DNA of 64,000 bases from positions 3,680,001-3,744,000 of the forward strand of contig OY970368.1 of the NCBI GenBank assembly GCA_963718615.1. The letters run 5' to 3'. Source of the DNA: an uncultured cyanobacterium. Its GTDB lineage: Bacteria > Cyanobacteriota > Cyanobacteriia > PCC-9006 > JAAUQQ01. Positions 48,449 to 58,473 of the stretch are shown here, piece by piece. The position numbers were made by a program, and so were the translations under genes. The stretch's first letter is position 1. Every line of letters begins with the position of its first letter. A model generated the notes under the pieces. It was not told the DNA's origin. It saw only the letters and a program-made list of their open reading frames with translations, and made no database searches.

Positions 48449-49747
48449 CTATAACCCCGACAACACCTCACGAGCAGCGGCGATCGTCTTGTCAATATCG
48501 GCCTCCGTATGGGCGATCGACGTAAAGCCCGCCTCAAACTGCGAAGGTGCAAGGTAAATCCCCCGCTCTAACATGCCCCGGTGGAAACGGCTGAACTTTT
48601 GCAGATCGGCCTGCTTCGCATCTTCGTAGCTGTGGACCGGACCTGCGGTAAAGAACATTCCGAACATGCCGCTCACATGGCCGCCACAGACCGCATGGCC
48701 GGTTTCCCGTGCGGCAGTCAGTAGGCCATTGATTAGACGAGCGGTGATTTGGTCTAAGTATTCGTAGGTACCGGGCTTGCGCAGCAGCTCTAGGGTTTTG
48801 ATCCCGGCGGTCATGGCCAGCGGATTGCCTGAAAGCGTCCCGGCTTGGTACATCGGACCGGCTGGGGCGACCATCGCCATGATTTCTTTCTTGCCGCCGT
48901 AGGCTCCAACAGGCAGGCCGCCGCCGATGATTTTGCCTAGGGTCGTGAGGTCTGGGGTGACGCCAAATTTTTCTTGGACACCGCCGTAGGCAATGCGGAA
49001 GCCGGTCATGACTTCGTCAAACACGAGCAGTGCACCGTGCTCCTGGGTCAGTTCCCGCAATCCTTCGAGAAAGCCCGCATCGGGAACGATAAAGCCCGCA
49101 TTGCCGACGATCGCCTCTAGAATCACCCCTGAAATTTCGCCAGGATTTTCTTCAAACAGTTTTTTAACGGCTTCAAGATCGTTGTAGGGGGCCGTCAGGG
49201 TATTGGCTGTAGTGCTCTTGGGAACGCCGGGAGAGTCGGGTAAGCCCAGGGTTGCAACACCAGAACCGGCTTTGACCAGGAACATATCCGCGTGGCCGTG
49301 ATAGCAGCCTTCGAACTTGATCACCTTTTCTCGGTTGGTGTAGGCCCGCATCAGCCGCAGAACGGCCATGCAGGCTTCGGTGCCGGAATTGACAAAGCGA
49401 ACCATTTCGATGCAGGGCACCGCGTCGATCACCATTTCGGCCAGGACATTTTCTAGGGCGCAGGGTGCGCCAAAGCTGGTGCCTTTTTCAGCGGTTTCTT
49501 GGATGGCTTTGATCACATCCGGGTGGGCATGGCCGCAAATTGCGGGACCCCAGGTGCCGACATAGTCGATGTACTGGTTGTCGTCTACGTCCCAAGCATA
49601 GGCACCCTTGACCCGGTCAAAGACAATGGGCTGACCGCCGACGGATTTGAACGCCCGCACCGGGGAGCTAACGCCACCGGGCATGAGGGTTTGGGCGGCA
49701 GCAAAGATTTCTTCTGAACGGCTTGTGTTTAAAGGCGTAGTAACCAA
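48449..49747 (-). CDS. hemL: Glutamate-1-semialdehyde 2,1-aminomutase
   Basis: [35 protein letters not shown] and [10 protein letters not shown] motifs. Confidence 0.97.
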   Translation of the reverse strand: MVTTPLNTSRSEEIFAAAQTLMPGGVSSPVRAFKSVGGQPIVFDRVKGAYAWDVDDNQYIDYVGTWGPAICGHAHPDVIKAIQETAEKGTSFGAPCALENVLAEMVIDAVPCIEMVRFVNSGTEACMAVLRLMRAYTNREKVIKFEGCYHGHADMFLVKAGSGVATLGLPDSPGVPKSTTANTLTAPYNDLEAVKKLFEENPGEISGVILEAIVGNAGFIVPDAGFLEGLRELTQEHGALLVFDEVMTGFRIAYGGVQEKFGVTPDLTTLGKIIGGGLPVGAYGGKKEIMAMVAPAGPMYQAGTLSGNPLAMTAGIKTLELLRKPGTYEYLDQITARLINGLLTAARETGHAVCGGHVSGMFGMFFTAGPVHSYEDAKQADLQKFSRFHRGMLERGIYLAPSQFEAGFTSIAHTEADIDKTIAAAREVLSGL

Positions 49748-49863
49748 CGCAATCTCCTCTAATCCGGTTTTGTTCTTGCGATTTCTTTCATTATCCTAGG
49801 GGGGGAGTGATTCTTGCGTTAACACTCCGCAACGTAAACAATTTGCAACGGGTTGCGCTTGAT

Positions 49864-50541
49864 ATGCCGTCTTCTGCTACTGATTTTGCGTCCGCCGACT
49901 CTTCAGATACTGGCCTGAGGCTGGCGGTGCCTGTGGAGAACATTCGCTATAACGAGCAGGGATTGGTGCCTGCGATCGCCCAGGATCACCTCGACGGCAC
50001 TGTCCTGATGATGGCCTGGATGAATGCAGAATCGCTGCAAAAAACCCTAGAAACTGGCGAAGCCCATTACTGGAGTCGCTCCCGCCAAGAACTCTGGCAT
50101 AAGGGTGCAACTTCAGGGCATTTTCAGCAGGTGTTGGGGATTCGCTACGACTGTGATAGCGATGCGCTGCTGCTGACAATTGACCAGAAGGGCAACATTG
50201 CTTGCCATACCGGCGAGCGCAGTTGCTTTCACCAGGTGGAGGGCTCTATCCAAGCGCCGCCGGGGGATATGCTCAGCCAGGTGTTTGCGGTGATCAAAGA
50301 CCGACGGGACAATCCGAATCCGGAATCCTATACCTGCAAGCTTTTGGCCGGGGGAGATAACAAAATTCTCAAGAAAATTGGTGAGGAAGCGGCGGAGGTG
50401 GTGATGGCCTGTAAGGATGATCGGCCAGATGAGATTGCGGGGGAGGTGGCGGATTTGTTTTATCACGCTTTGGTGGCGATCGCCCATCACCAGGTCGATC
50501 TGCGCGATGTCTACGCCAAACTCGCCTCCCGCCGCCGCTAA
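49864..50541 (+). CDS. hisIE: Bifunctional phosphoribosyl-AMP cyclohydrolase / phosphoribosyl-ATP diphosphatase
   Basis: [28 protein letters not shown] and KKIGEEAAE motifs. Confidence 0.95.
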   Translation: MPSSATDFASADSSDTGLRLAVPVENIRYNEQGLVPAIAQDHLDGTVLMMAWMNAESLQKTLETGEAHYWSRSRQELWHKGATSGHFQQVLGIRYDCDSDALLLTIDQKGNIACHTGERSCFHQVEGSIQAPPGDMLSQVFAVIKDRRDNPNPESYTCKLLAGGDNKILKKIGEEAAEVVMACKDDRPDEIAGEVADLFYHALVAIAHHQVDLRDVYAKLASRRR

Positions 50542-50552
50542 CCGCAAACGCA

Positions 50553-50616
50553 AAACACCGGGTGTCTCGCAAGAATTTCAGGATTGACCCTAATCTGCGT
50601 CAGACACCCGGTGTTT
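50553..50616. repeat. 15-bp perfect inverted repeat between convergent genes
   Basis: AAACACCGGGTGTCT (50553-50567) and AGACACCCGGTGTTT (50602-50616). Confidence 0.75.
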
Positions 50617-50626
50617 GAAGATTTAC

Positions 50627-51139
50627 CTATTGGGTAAGCCCACCCACAAGGTCCGTCAAACCGCCCAGGGAAGACAGCAGCGCATCTTTATCCGGCGAGG
50701 CAGCGTTTAGACCGGTCCCCACTTCAGTGATTTTCTCCTGAATACCCCCCACTGCATCCGCAGGAACCACGCTTTTGAGGTTGTTCCAGGAGGACTCAAC
50801 GGTGGCGAAGGAGGTCTTGGCTGCTGCAAAATCGCCCGTTTTGACGGCATCCACGGTGGAGGTAATGGCTCCAGTCATTCCCATGACGCCATCCTTCAGC
50901 GCCATGACGCCCCCCACAGCGCCGCCCGCTGCATCTTTCACGGCATCGCCCGTGGCACTAGCCGCCTTTGTCGCTGCATCGGTAGCGCTGCTTGCGGCAT
51001 TACCAGCTGCATCGATTGCTCCCGTAGCGCCATTCTGAACCGTACCCGCAGCTTGATCGACTGCATCCTTAGCGCCGCAAGCGCTGAGGGCGAGGGAGGC
51101 AGCCAGACTGAGGGTAAAGATTGAGGTTAAGCGTTTCAT
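50627..51139 (-). CDS. Ala-rich lipoprotein
   Basis: MKR plus hydrophobic stretch and LSAC lipobox; helical C-terminal domain. Confidence 0.75.
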   Translation of the reverse strand: MKRLTSIFTLSLAASLALSACGAKDAVDQAAGTVQNGATGAIDAAGNAASSATDAATKAASATGDAVKDAAGGAVGGVMALKDGVMGMTGAITSTVDAVKTGDFAAAKTSFATVESSWNNLKSVVPADAVGGIQEKITEVGTGLNAASPDKDALLSSLGGLTDLVGGLTQ

Positions 51140-51364
51140 GGTCAATTCTCCTCTTGAGATAAAGTCTGTTGTGATTCAGCGAACGTTTCAGCAAATATTT
51201 CAGTGAATGCTCAACAGAGCAGCGCGGAACTCCGGCCACACCACATCAAACGTCACAAGGGAGGCAGAAACGAGATTATTTAGATTTTTTTAATTGTTCA
51301 AAGTTTTGTGAATGCATTACCTGTTTTTGCGCCTTTTCTAGGTTGACAGCCCTAGATTGACCGC

Positions 51365-51410
51365 CTGGACTGGCTCACTGGACTGGCTCACTGGACTGGC
51401 TCACTGGACT
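51365..51410. repeat. 14-bp tandem repeat CTGGACTGGCTCA-type across the xth stop codon
   Basis: ctggactggctca repeated three times plus a partial copy. Confidence 0.8.
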
Positions 51411-52212
51411 CGCTCGACAACTCCACGATGACCGGCGTGTGGTCACTGGGCTTTTCGAGTTTGCGGGGGGCGGGGTCGATGGTGCAGCTCAGGGCGCGAT
51501 CGCCCAAACTCGGTGACAAATAATGATGGTCAATGCGCCAGCCCATGTTGCGACGGAAGGAGGCCGCCCGATAGTCCCACCAGCTATAGTGGCCCGATTC
51601 CTCCGTAAATTTGCGGAAGGCATCGGTAAATCCTAGGGCCAAGACATTGTCCCGCAGGGCTTCGCGTTCTTCCGGGGAAGACATGATGTGCTTATCAATG
51701 GTTTTGTCGTCGGGGTCTTTGTAAATGTCGCGGTTTTCCAGGGCAATGTTGAAATCGCCACAGACCAAGATGTCGGCTTCGGTTTGGAGTAGGGTTGCTA
51801 GATAGGTGCGCAGGAGCTTGAGCCAGCGAAGTTTGTAGGCGTATTTTTCGCTGGCGATCGCCGACCCGTTGGGCACATACAAATTCACCAGCCGCACGCC
51901 GTTCAAGACGCCACTCAGCACCCGTTTCTGATCGTCTAAATCCGCAACCGTTTCAGCATCAAGAATGCCACCAAACCCGATCGCGACCTGTTCTAGGGGG
52001 GCCTTGCTGAGAATTGCCACACCGTTGTAGGACTTTTGCCCGGAAAACTGACAGTGATACCCCAAGGCTTCTAGGGGCTCTCGCGGAAATAGATCATCGG
52101 TGACTTTGGTTTCCTGGAGACAAAGGGCATCGACGGGATTGTCTTGTAGCCAGCCTTTAACGTGTTCTAGGCGCGATCGCAGGGAGTTGACATTCCAAGT
52201 CGCAATTTTCAC
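51388..52212 (-). CDS. xth: Exodeoxyribonuclease III
   Basis: ATWNVNS, LQETK, YVPNG, GDFNIA, SWWDYR, GWRIDH and PSDHTP motifs. Confidence 0.96.
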   Translation of the reverse strand: MKIATWNVNSLRSRLEHVKGWLQDNPVDALCLQETKVTDDLFPREPLEALGYHCQFSGQKSYNGVAILSKAPLEQVAIGFGGILDAETVADLDDQKRVLSGVLNGVRLVNLYVPNGSAIASEKYAYKLRWLKLLRTYLATLLQTEADILVCGDFNIALENRDIYKDPDDKTIDKHIMSSPEEREALRDNVLALGFTDAFRKFTEESGHYSWWDYRAASFRRNMGWRIDHHYLSPSLGDRALSCTIDPAPRKLEKPSDHTPVIVELSSESSEPVQ

Positions 52213-52282
52213 AGGACAACGCTCACAGCAGCAGGTCTGAGTAGGGTGAGAAATAAATTTGAGAATTCATTTGAGAATTCAA

Positions 52283-52367
52283 CGGAGAGGGTGGGATTCG
52301 AACCCACGGTGACTTTCGCCACACTCGATTTCAAGTCGAGCGCATTCGACCACTCTGCCACCTCTCC
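52283..52367 (-). tRNA. tRNA-Ser(TGA)
   Basis: Reverse complement GGAGAGGTGGCAGAGTGGTCGAATGCG-CTCGA-CTTGAAA-TCGAG, long variable arm, GGTTCGAATCCCACCCTCTCCG. Confidence 0.96.
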
Positions 52368-52464
52368 AGGGGGGGTTGGCCATTTTTGACCCTTGTTTAC
52401 TATAGCCGATGGAGTCCGGAATGCCGAGTCCTAAATCCTGAATTCCTGAGTGTAGGGGCTGGTT

Positions 52465-52854
52465 CTAAGAGTAAGACAATCGATCCTCTTCTTCTTCCTG
52501 GCGGCGCTGTTCGGCTTCTTTGACCATGGTGTAGAGCTGAGCAAAGATCGGTAGCTTTTTCTCATCCAAGACATCCATGGCTTTGACCTGGGTTTTGAGC
52601 CAATCGATCAGCGCCTGCCCCTCTAATTTGAGCGCCCGCTGACCGTGGCGTAGTAGGCCAATGCCTTCAAACCAAGCTTCTAGCTCTTCGGTGGAGGCCC
52701 GCATTTCGATAAAGCCTTCAACCCCCATGTTGCTTTCGGGCTGGATGGCGGATTTGAAGCTCACGGCCTCACCATGGCGCATGTGCTCCTGGATGCGGGC
52801 GAGGACGCCTTCGATCGCCGCCGGATCGCCGTCAACGGAAATAGTGAGCTTCAT
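52465..52854 (-). CDS. Hypothetical protein
   Basis: 129-aa ORF with genome-typical composition; no motif recognised. Confidence 0.6.
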   Translation of the reverse strand: MKLTISVDGDPAAIEGVLARIQEHMRHGEAVSFKSAIQPESNMGVEGFIEMRASTEELEAWFEGIGLLRHGQRALKLEGQALIDWLKTQVKAMDVLDEKKLPIFAQLYTMVKEAEQRRQEEEEDRLSYS

Positions 52855-53075
52855 AGGAGGAGTGACGCTTGCTGGGCCACCCTTTAGCGTAGCAAACTCT
52901 GGCTCAGCTATTCAGTTTGCCTAGCGTTAGAAAGTAATGTGTTGACTGTCTGAAAGAATAAACTGGTTGCTCAAGCTCTAAAGCTGTGGCGTCTTTCATG
53001 GGAATCAGCATCAGGCACAATTTTCGAATCGTATCCCTAGATTGAATCGTACAATTGACATTTTTTTGATGGGAT

Positions 53076-53756
53076 TCATGGGTTCGGATACCATTGATTT
53101 TCCCATTGTTTCATCTGGTCAATCTCAGCTTGCTGGGACGTCATAATTGTTTGAGCCAAAGTTTTGAGTTCAGCCCTCTGAGTTTTCTGAGCTAAATCCT
53201 TGGCCATGACAACTGCGGCTTCGTGGTGTGGGATCATCGCTTGCAAAAATCGCAAATCATATTCCTCATTTGCTGGACCCAAATCAACATCCATGCGCAT
53301 GGCAGCAATTTGTTCAGGAGACATCGTCATCATGTGGTTCATGCTGGCCTGCCAAGCCATGGGGGTTTCGGAGGCTTGAGGATACCAAGTTTTGCGCCAC
53401 TGACGCATCTGGGCAATCTCTTTTTCCTGGGCGCTGATGATTCCCTGGGCCAACAGCTTGAGCTCTGGACGTTGGGTTTTAGTGGCCAAGTCTTGGGCCA
53501 TGATGAGTGCCCCTTCATGATGGGGAATCATGGCATCGATAAAGCGCAAGTCATAGTTCTCATCCGCTGGTCCCAAATCCATATTGTGGTTCATACCGTG
53601 GTTTCCCATGGTGTGATCCAGCGGGGCATTTGCGGGATTCGACGGTAATGGTTGCTGGGTCAGTTGAGTACAGGCTGAGAGGGTAGTTGCTAGGGCCAAT
53701 GAGAACAGAAATAAGCTTGACGGTTGACGAAGCGATCGCCGATGTCTTGGATTCAT
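53076..53756 (-). CDS. DUF305 metal-binding lipoprotein (CopM-like)
   Basis: LSAC lipobox, His/Met-rich segment and two D.RF..AMIPHHE.A repeats. Confidence 0.88.
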   Translation of the reverse strand: MNPRHRRSLRQPSSLFLFSLALATTLSACTQLTQQPLPSNPANAPLDHTMGNHGMNHNMDLGPADENYDLRFIDAMIPHHEGALIMAQDLATKTQRPELKLLAQGIISAQEKEIAQMRQWRKTWYPQASETPMAWQASMNHMMTMSPEQIAAMRMDVDLGPANEEYDLRFLQAMIPHHEAAVVMAKDLAQKTQRAELKTLAQTIMTSQQAEIDQMKQWENQWYPNP

Positions 53757-53821
53757 AAATGCTTGAGCCTCGTAATCCTTTTTGAGCGTATGTCGGGGAT
53801 AGTTGATGTCTGGTTCAAAGT

Positions 53822-56800
53822 TCAGTTTAGTGATGGAAACGCCATCTTCACCGAATCCGGTTGTTTGCGGGGCATCAGCCAAGGGCCGAATTTGGCATAG
53901 AGGGCTGGAATCACGAGCAGAGTCAGTGCAGTGGATGTACAAAGCCCACCCAAGACAACGATCGCCAAAGGCTGCAAAATTTCGTTTCCGGCTCCACTGG
54001 CGATCGCCAAGGGCAGCATCCCCAACGCCGAAGTCAGTGCCGTCATCAAAATGGCATTGACCCGCTCTAGGGAACCTTGAGTGATCACATCTTGGAGGTA
54101 CATGCCTCGGGCAAACTTGCTGTTGTAGTTGTCAACGAGCAACAAACCATTGCGTACTGCTACACCAAATAGGGTAATAAACCCAATCAACGAGGCAATA
54201 GAAATCACACCTCCGGTTAGGGCGATCGAGACAATACCACCCACTAAAGCGAGGGGTAAATTGAGCATGATCACGATCGTAGCGGGTAAAGACTTGACCG
54301 AAAAGAACATCAAAATTGCGATCGCAATCGCAGCCAAAATGCTATAGATCAGCAAATTATGGGTTGCATTTTGTTCTGCTTCAAACTGGCCGCCATACTG
54401 AATAAAGTAACCAGCAGGTAACTGGATTTCCTGACGAATTTTCCGTTGGATATCATGCACCACACTACCCAGATCACGACCCGCAACATTCGTGGAAACG
54501 ACGATGAGACGGGATACATCCTCCCGGTTGACTCCATTGGCTCCCATGCCGTAGTCCACCTTCGCTACGCTGCCCAAGGCAATCATTTGTCCGGTGGGGG
54601 AGGTAAGGGGAAGGTTACGGATGGCATCCAGATTGTTACGAACTGATTCTGGCAGCATCACCACCACGTCCAAGAGTTGCTGATTGTCTGGGACTTGGGA
54701 AACCACCTGACCGTTGAGGGCCGTCTCCACAGCAGCAGAAATATCGGCCATGCGCAGGCCGTAGCGGGCAGCAGCGACGCGATCGTACCGGATCTGGACT
54801 TGACGGATGGGCAGTTGGGGTTCCAGTTGTAGATCCACTAAGCCAGGAATCGGTTCAATCACGTCCCGCACCTGTTCACCCAGTTGGCGCAGTTCAGCCA
54901 GGTCTGGGCCAAAGATTTTGATGGCGATCGCACTTCTCACCCCCGACAACACTTCGTCCATCCGGTGGGAAATAAAACCACCAATATTCGGGGCAACACC
55001 GGGCAATTTGAGAAAGGCTTGACGCAACTGTTGAATGCTGGCTTCGCGGTCCTTAAGCGCCGCGTCACTCAGTTCCACATCGACATGGGCCATGCTCACC
55101 CCTGCACCATCAGCATCGCCAGGAGCCCGACCGGCTCGCACCTGCACCCAGTCGAAGAGCGGACTATCTTGCAAGGATTTAGACAAGGCCATCCCCGCTC
55201 GGTTGGTCATGTCCAGAGAAACGCCGGGAAATAGAACCATGGAATTGACCATAGATTTTTCCTGGAACTCTGGCAGAAAAACGCGGCCAAGGGAAGGAAT
55301 GATGGCGATCGCCGCCACCAATGCAGCCAGCGCACAGCTCAAAATAATTTGAGGGGCACGCAAGGCAAGATTGAGCAAAGGTCGATACAGTCGCTCGGCC
55401 CAGCGAGAAATGAAGGTCTCCTCTTGGGGAAGCGGTTGATTTGCCAAAAGAATCGCGCAGAGAGCAGGCGAAAGCGTCATAGCCACAAGGGTGGAAGCGG
55501 CGATCGACAGGAGATAGGCCAACCCCATAGGTGCAAAAATTCGTCCTTCCACCCCCGTCAAACTAAAGATCGGTGCAAACACAACGATGATAATCACCGT
55601 TGAAAAAATCACTGCCAAGCGCACCTCCACAGAGGTATCATAAACCACTTGGAAAGGATGTTTAGGACTGCCTTCAGCTTGGTTGCGGCGTAAACCGCGA
55701 TAGCAATTCTCCATATCTACAATCGAATCATCCACGACCGAGCCAATGGCAACGACAAGCCCCCCGAGTGTCATGGTATTGATGCCTAGGCCGAAGGCTT
55801 TCATTAGCATTAGACCTATTAACAGCGACAAGGGAATCGCACTGAGTGTAATGATGGCCGTGCGCCAATTCATCAAAAACAGCAGCATGATCACCGAAAC
55901 AATGGCAATACCCTGGATTAAAGAGGTACTGACATTACCGATGGCAGAATCGATGAAATTGGCCTGACGAAAAGTCCGAACCAGCTTCACATCCTCCGGA
56001 AAACTGGCTTTAAGCGAGTCCATGACCGCTTCAACGGCTTTTGTGACCGTGGGTGTATCAATATCTGGCTGTTTGTTGATCATCAAGACCACGGCGGGCT
56101 GGCCATTAAAACTTGCATCCCCCCGTTTCAGGGCTGCGCCGGTTTTGATCTCAGCCACATCACTCAACAGGATAGGTTGATCACCCTGAACCTTGATCAC
56201 AGATTGTCGCAAGTCTTCGAGGGACTGGACTTGGCCCAGGCCGCGCACGAGGAGTTCTTGACCTCCACCGATGAGGAAACCACCGGGCGCGTTGGAATTT
56301 GCGCCTTGGACTGCTGCGGTGACTTCGGAGAGAGAGAAGTTGCGATCGCGCAATTTCTGCGGATCCACCAGCACCTGTTCCTGCCGCTCTTCTCCGCCAT
56401 AAACCGTTACCTGGGACACCCCCGGCACCGAAAGAATCGGGTTCCGGATCGTGGATTCCACCAAGCGACGCAAATCCATCAATGACGTTTGACCTTGGCC
56501 GTTCACCGTGAAGGCATACTGCAAAATCGTTCCCAGCGGCGACACCAACGGCGAAATTTCTGGAGTATGGGTTCCCTCAGGGAGTTGTGCTACCACCTGT
56601 TGAAGCCGTTCGGTTACCACCTGCCGCGCTCTGTAAATGTCGGCATTCTGGTCAAACACCACATTGACCATGGAAAGACCCACCTTGGAAGACGATCGCA
56701 CCGTCGTCACACCGGGCAAACCATTCACGGCAGTTTCAATGGGAACAGTAATTTGGGTTTCCACCTCTTCCGGTGCGAGACCTGTTGCTTCAGTATGGAT

Positions 56801-56956
56801 ATCCACCTGAGGCGGCGCAAACTCGGGAAAGACATCCAGGGGCATTTGGCTCACACTCAAAGCCCCCCAAGCGGTCACCAGGATCGCTGCAATCACGATA
56901 AACCAACGCTGCACGATCGAATTTTTCAGCGTTTGATTGAGTAGGGAGTTCAACAT
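53822..56956 (-). CDS. CusA/CzcA/NrsA-family heavy-metal RND permease
   Basis: PLDVFPEFAPPQV, NTMTLGGL..AIG.VVDDSIV and ILMTALT motifs; 1044 aa. Confidence 0.95.
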   Translation of the reverse strand: MLNSLLNQTLKNSIVQRWFIVIAAILVTAWGALSVSQMPLDVFPEFAPPQVDIHTEATGLAPEEVETQITVPIETAVNGLPGVTTVRSSSKVGLSMVNVVFDQNADIYRARQVVTERLQQVVAQLPEGTHTPEISPLVSPLGTILQYAFTVNGQGQTSLMDLRRLVESTIRNPILSVPGVSQVTVYGGEERQEQVLVDPQKLRDRNFSLSEVTAAVQGANSNAPGGFLIGGGQELLVRGLGQVQSLEDLRQSVIKVQGDQPILLSDVAEIKTGAALKRGDASFNGQPAVVLMINKQPDIDTPTVTKAVEAVMDSLKASFPEDVKLVRTFRQANFIDSAIGNVSTSLIQGIAIVSVIMLLFLMNWRTAIITLSAIPLSLLIGLMLMKAFGLGINTMTLGGLVVAIGSVVDDSIVDMENCYRGLRRNQAEGSPKHPFQVVYDTSVEVRLAVIFSTVIIIVVFAPIFSLTGVEGRIFAPMGLAYLLSIAASTLVAMTLSPALCAILLANQPLPQEETFISRWAERLYRPLLNLALRAPQIILSCALAALVAAIAIIPSLGRVFLPEFQEKSMVNSMVLFPGVSLDMTNRAGMALSKSLQDSPLFDWVQVRAGRAPGDADGAGVSMAHVDVELSDAALKDREASIQQLRQAFLKLPGVAPNIGGFISHRMDEVLSGVRSAIAIKIFGPDLAELRQLGEQVRDVIEPIPGLVDLQLEPQLPIRQVQIRYDRVAAARYGLRMADISAAVETALNGQVVSQVPDNQQLLDVVVMLPESVRNNLDAIRNLPLTSPTGQMIALGSVAKVDYGMGANGVNREDVSRLIVVSTNVAGRDLGSVVHDIQRKIRQEIQLPAGYFIQYGGQFEAEQNATHNLLIYSILAAIAIAILMFFSVKSLPATIVIMLNLPLALVGGIVSIALTGGVISIASLIGFITLFGVAVRNGLLLVDNYNSKFARGMYLQDVITQGSLERVNAILMTALTSALGMLPLAIASGAGNEILQPLAIVVLGGLCTSTALTLLVIPALYAKFGPWLMPRKQPDSVKMAFPSLN

Positions 56957-56966
56957 GATTGCTGGA

Positions 56967-57608
56967 TTACTTCTTACGGGTACTTACGAAAACAATTCCA
57001 CCGATCAGCAGGGCTACCCCGCCCCCCAGAGCTGCCAACAAACTCGTAGAAAAGCCTCCAGAAGGCGCAGTATCCTCTCCCGCAACCAGGTTGCCTGAGA
57101 CATCGTGGCTGTGGGGAATGCCCTGGGCATCGGCTTGGGCATGGCTAACATCGCGGGTTGGCGGAGCAGCATTGTCTACCGGGGCTTCAGCCGTTTGGGT
57201 TTTGCGCGATTCTGCATAGAGCGAGAGGCTGCCTTGGGTCACCAACTGTTCACCCAAAGAAAGTCCATCTATCACTTCAATCCTTTCCCCCTGAGTTGCC
57301 CCAAGCATCACTGGCACAGGCTCATAGAAATTTTCGTATTGCACAAACACCAACTGTTTGCCATCGGACTCAACCAAGGCGCTGCTGGGAATGAAAACTG
57401 CACCACTCCCATCCGCTGCCGGTTGGATCGGCTCCACGACAATTCCCATGAGGGAATCGGTTTCCGAATTGACTTGAACTCGCTCAATGCCGCCTTCTGC
57501 TTGGAATTCGTCACCATGACCGACGTGGGCGGTGGCGATCGCTGGAAAAGACAAGACGATGCCCAGGATCAACAGGGTTTCAAGGAATAATGGACAATCG
57601 CGACGCAT
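56967..57608 (-). CDS. Short membrane-fusion-protein-like accessory protein
   Basis: Signal peptide, AHVGHGDEF, IPSSALVE..G..LVFV...GL..GEQ.VTQG (MFP C-terminal domain only) and a C-terminal TM helix. Confidence 0.7.
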   Translation of the reverse strand: MRRDCPLFLETLLILGIVLSFPAIATAHVGHGDEFQAEGGIERVQVNSETDSLMGIVVEPIQPAADGSGAVFIPSSALVESDGKQLVFVQYENFYEPVPVMLGATQGERIEVIDGLSLGEQLVTQGSLSLYAESRKTQTAEAPVDNAAPPTRDVSHAQADAQGIPHSHDVSGNLVAGEDTAPSGGFSTSLLAALGGGVALLIGGIVFVSTRKK

Positions 57609-57680
57609 GGTTCACCCCTCGATAAAGTTCACGTAGATTTACGAAATGTTTCAATTGACTGCCATAGTCTGCCAGAGGGG

Positions 57681-57701
57681 GGATGAAATTCGGATGAAAT
57701 C
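57681..57701. promoter_or_regulatory. NrsR/CopR-type direct-repeat operator in the divergent promoter
   Basis: GGATGAAAT x2 at an 11-bp period; the minus strand reads GATTTCA-TCC-GAATTTCA. Confidence 0.65.
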
Positions 57702-57760
57702 AGCCTGGGTTCAGTAAAATCAAGCCCATGGCTCAAGACTGAGAGGGAATTAAGTCCTTT

Positions 57761-58456
57761 ATGCGGATCTTGCTCGTGGAAGATGAAGCGGATTTGGGAC
57801 AGGCTATTAAACAAGTCCTCATCAGCGAAAAGTATGTGGTCGATTGGGTGACTGATGGGGCACAGGCTTGGCAATGTTTAGATCCAGCTTGGACGGACTA
57901 TACAGTGGCGATCGTCGATTGGCTGCTACCCGGACTTTCGGGTCTCGAACTCTGCCAACGACTGCGACTCAATCAAAACCCCCTCCCTGTGTTGATGCTG
58001 ACCGCCCTAGGACAGCCAGAGCATCGAATTGAGGGACTGGACGCCGGGGCAGATGACTATTTGGTCAAACCGTTTGTGATGGAAGAATTGTTGGCCCGGT
58101 TGCGGGCCTTACAGCGGCGATCGCCCCATCTCTCTCCCCCGGCCCTCTCTGTGGGATGCCTCACCCTCGACTATGCCAACACCGCCCTCCAACACCACCA
58201 ACACCAGCCGCCCCAAACGATCCCCCTCACCGTTAAGGAATTTCAAATTCTGGCTTACCTGATGCAAAATCCCGATCGCATCCTCTCCAGCAGCAAAATT
58301 CGGCATCAACTTTGGGATTTAGAGGCAGAACCCATGAGCAATGTGGTCGCGGCCCAGATTCGACTGTTGCGGCGTAAATTTGCCCAGTACGGGTGTGAAT
58401 GCCCGATCGAAACGGTTCCGGGTCAGGGATATCGTTTTACGACCAGTGCTTGTTGA
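57761..58456 (+). CDS. OmpR-family response regulator (RppA/NrsR-like)
   Basis: MRILLVEDE, DWLLPGLSG, GLDAGADDYLVKPF and SNVVAAQIRLLRRK motifs. Confidence 0.9.
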   Translation: MRILLVEDEADLGQAIKQVLISEKYVVDWVTDGAQAWQCLDPAWTDYTVAIVDWLLPGLSGLELCQRLRLNQNPLPVLMLTALGQPEHRIEGLDAGADDYLVKPFVMEELLARLRALQRRSPHLSPPALSVGCLTLDYANTALQHHQHQPPQTIPLTVKEFQILAYLMQNPDRILSSSKIRHQLWDLEAEPMSNVVAAQIRLLRRKFAQYGCECPIETVPGQGYRFTTSAC

Positions 58457-58473
58457 TGGGTTGATGAGAGTCA

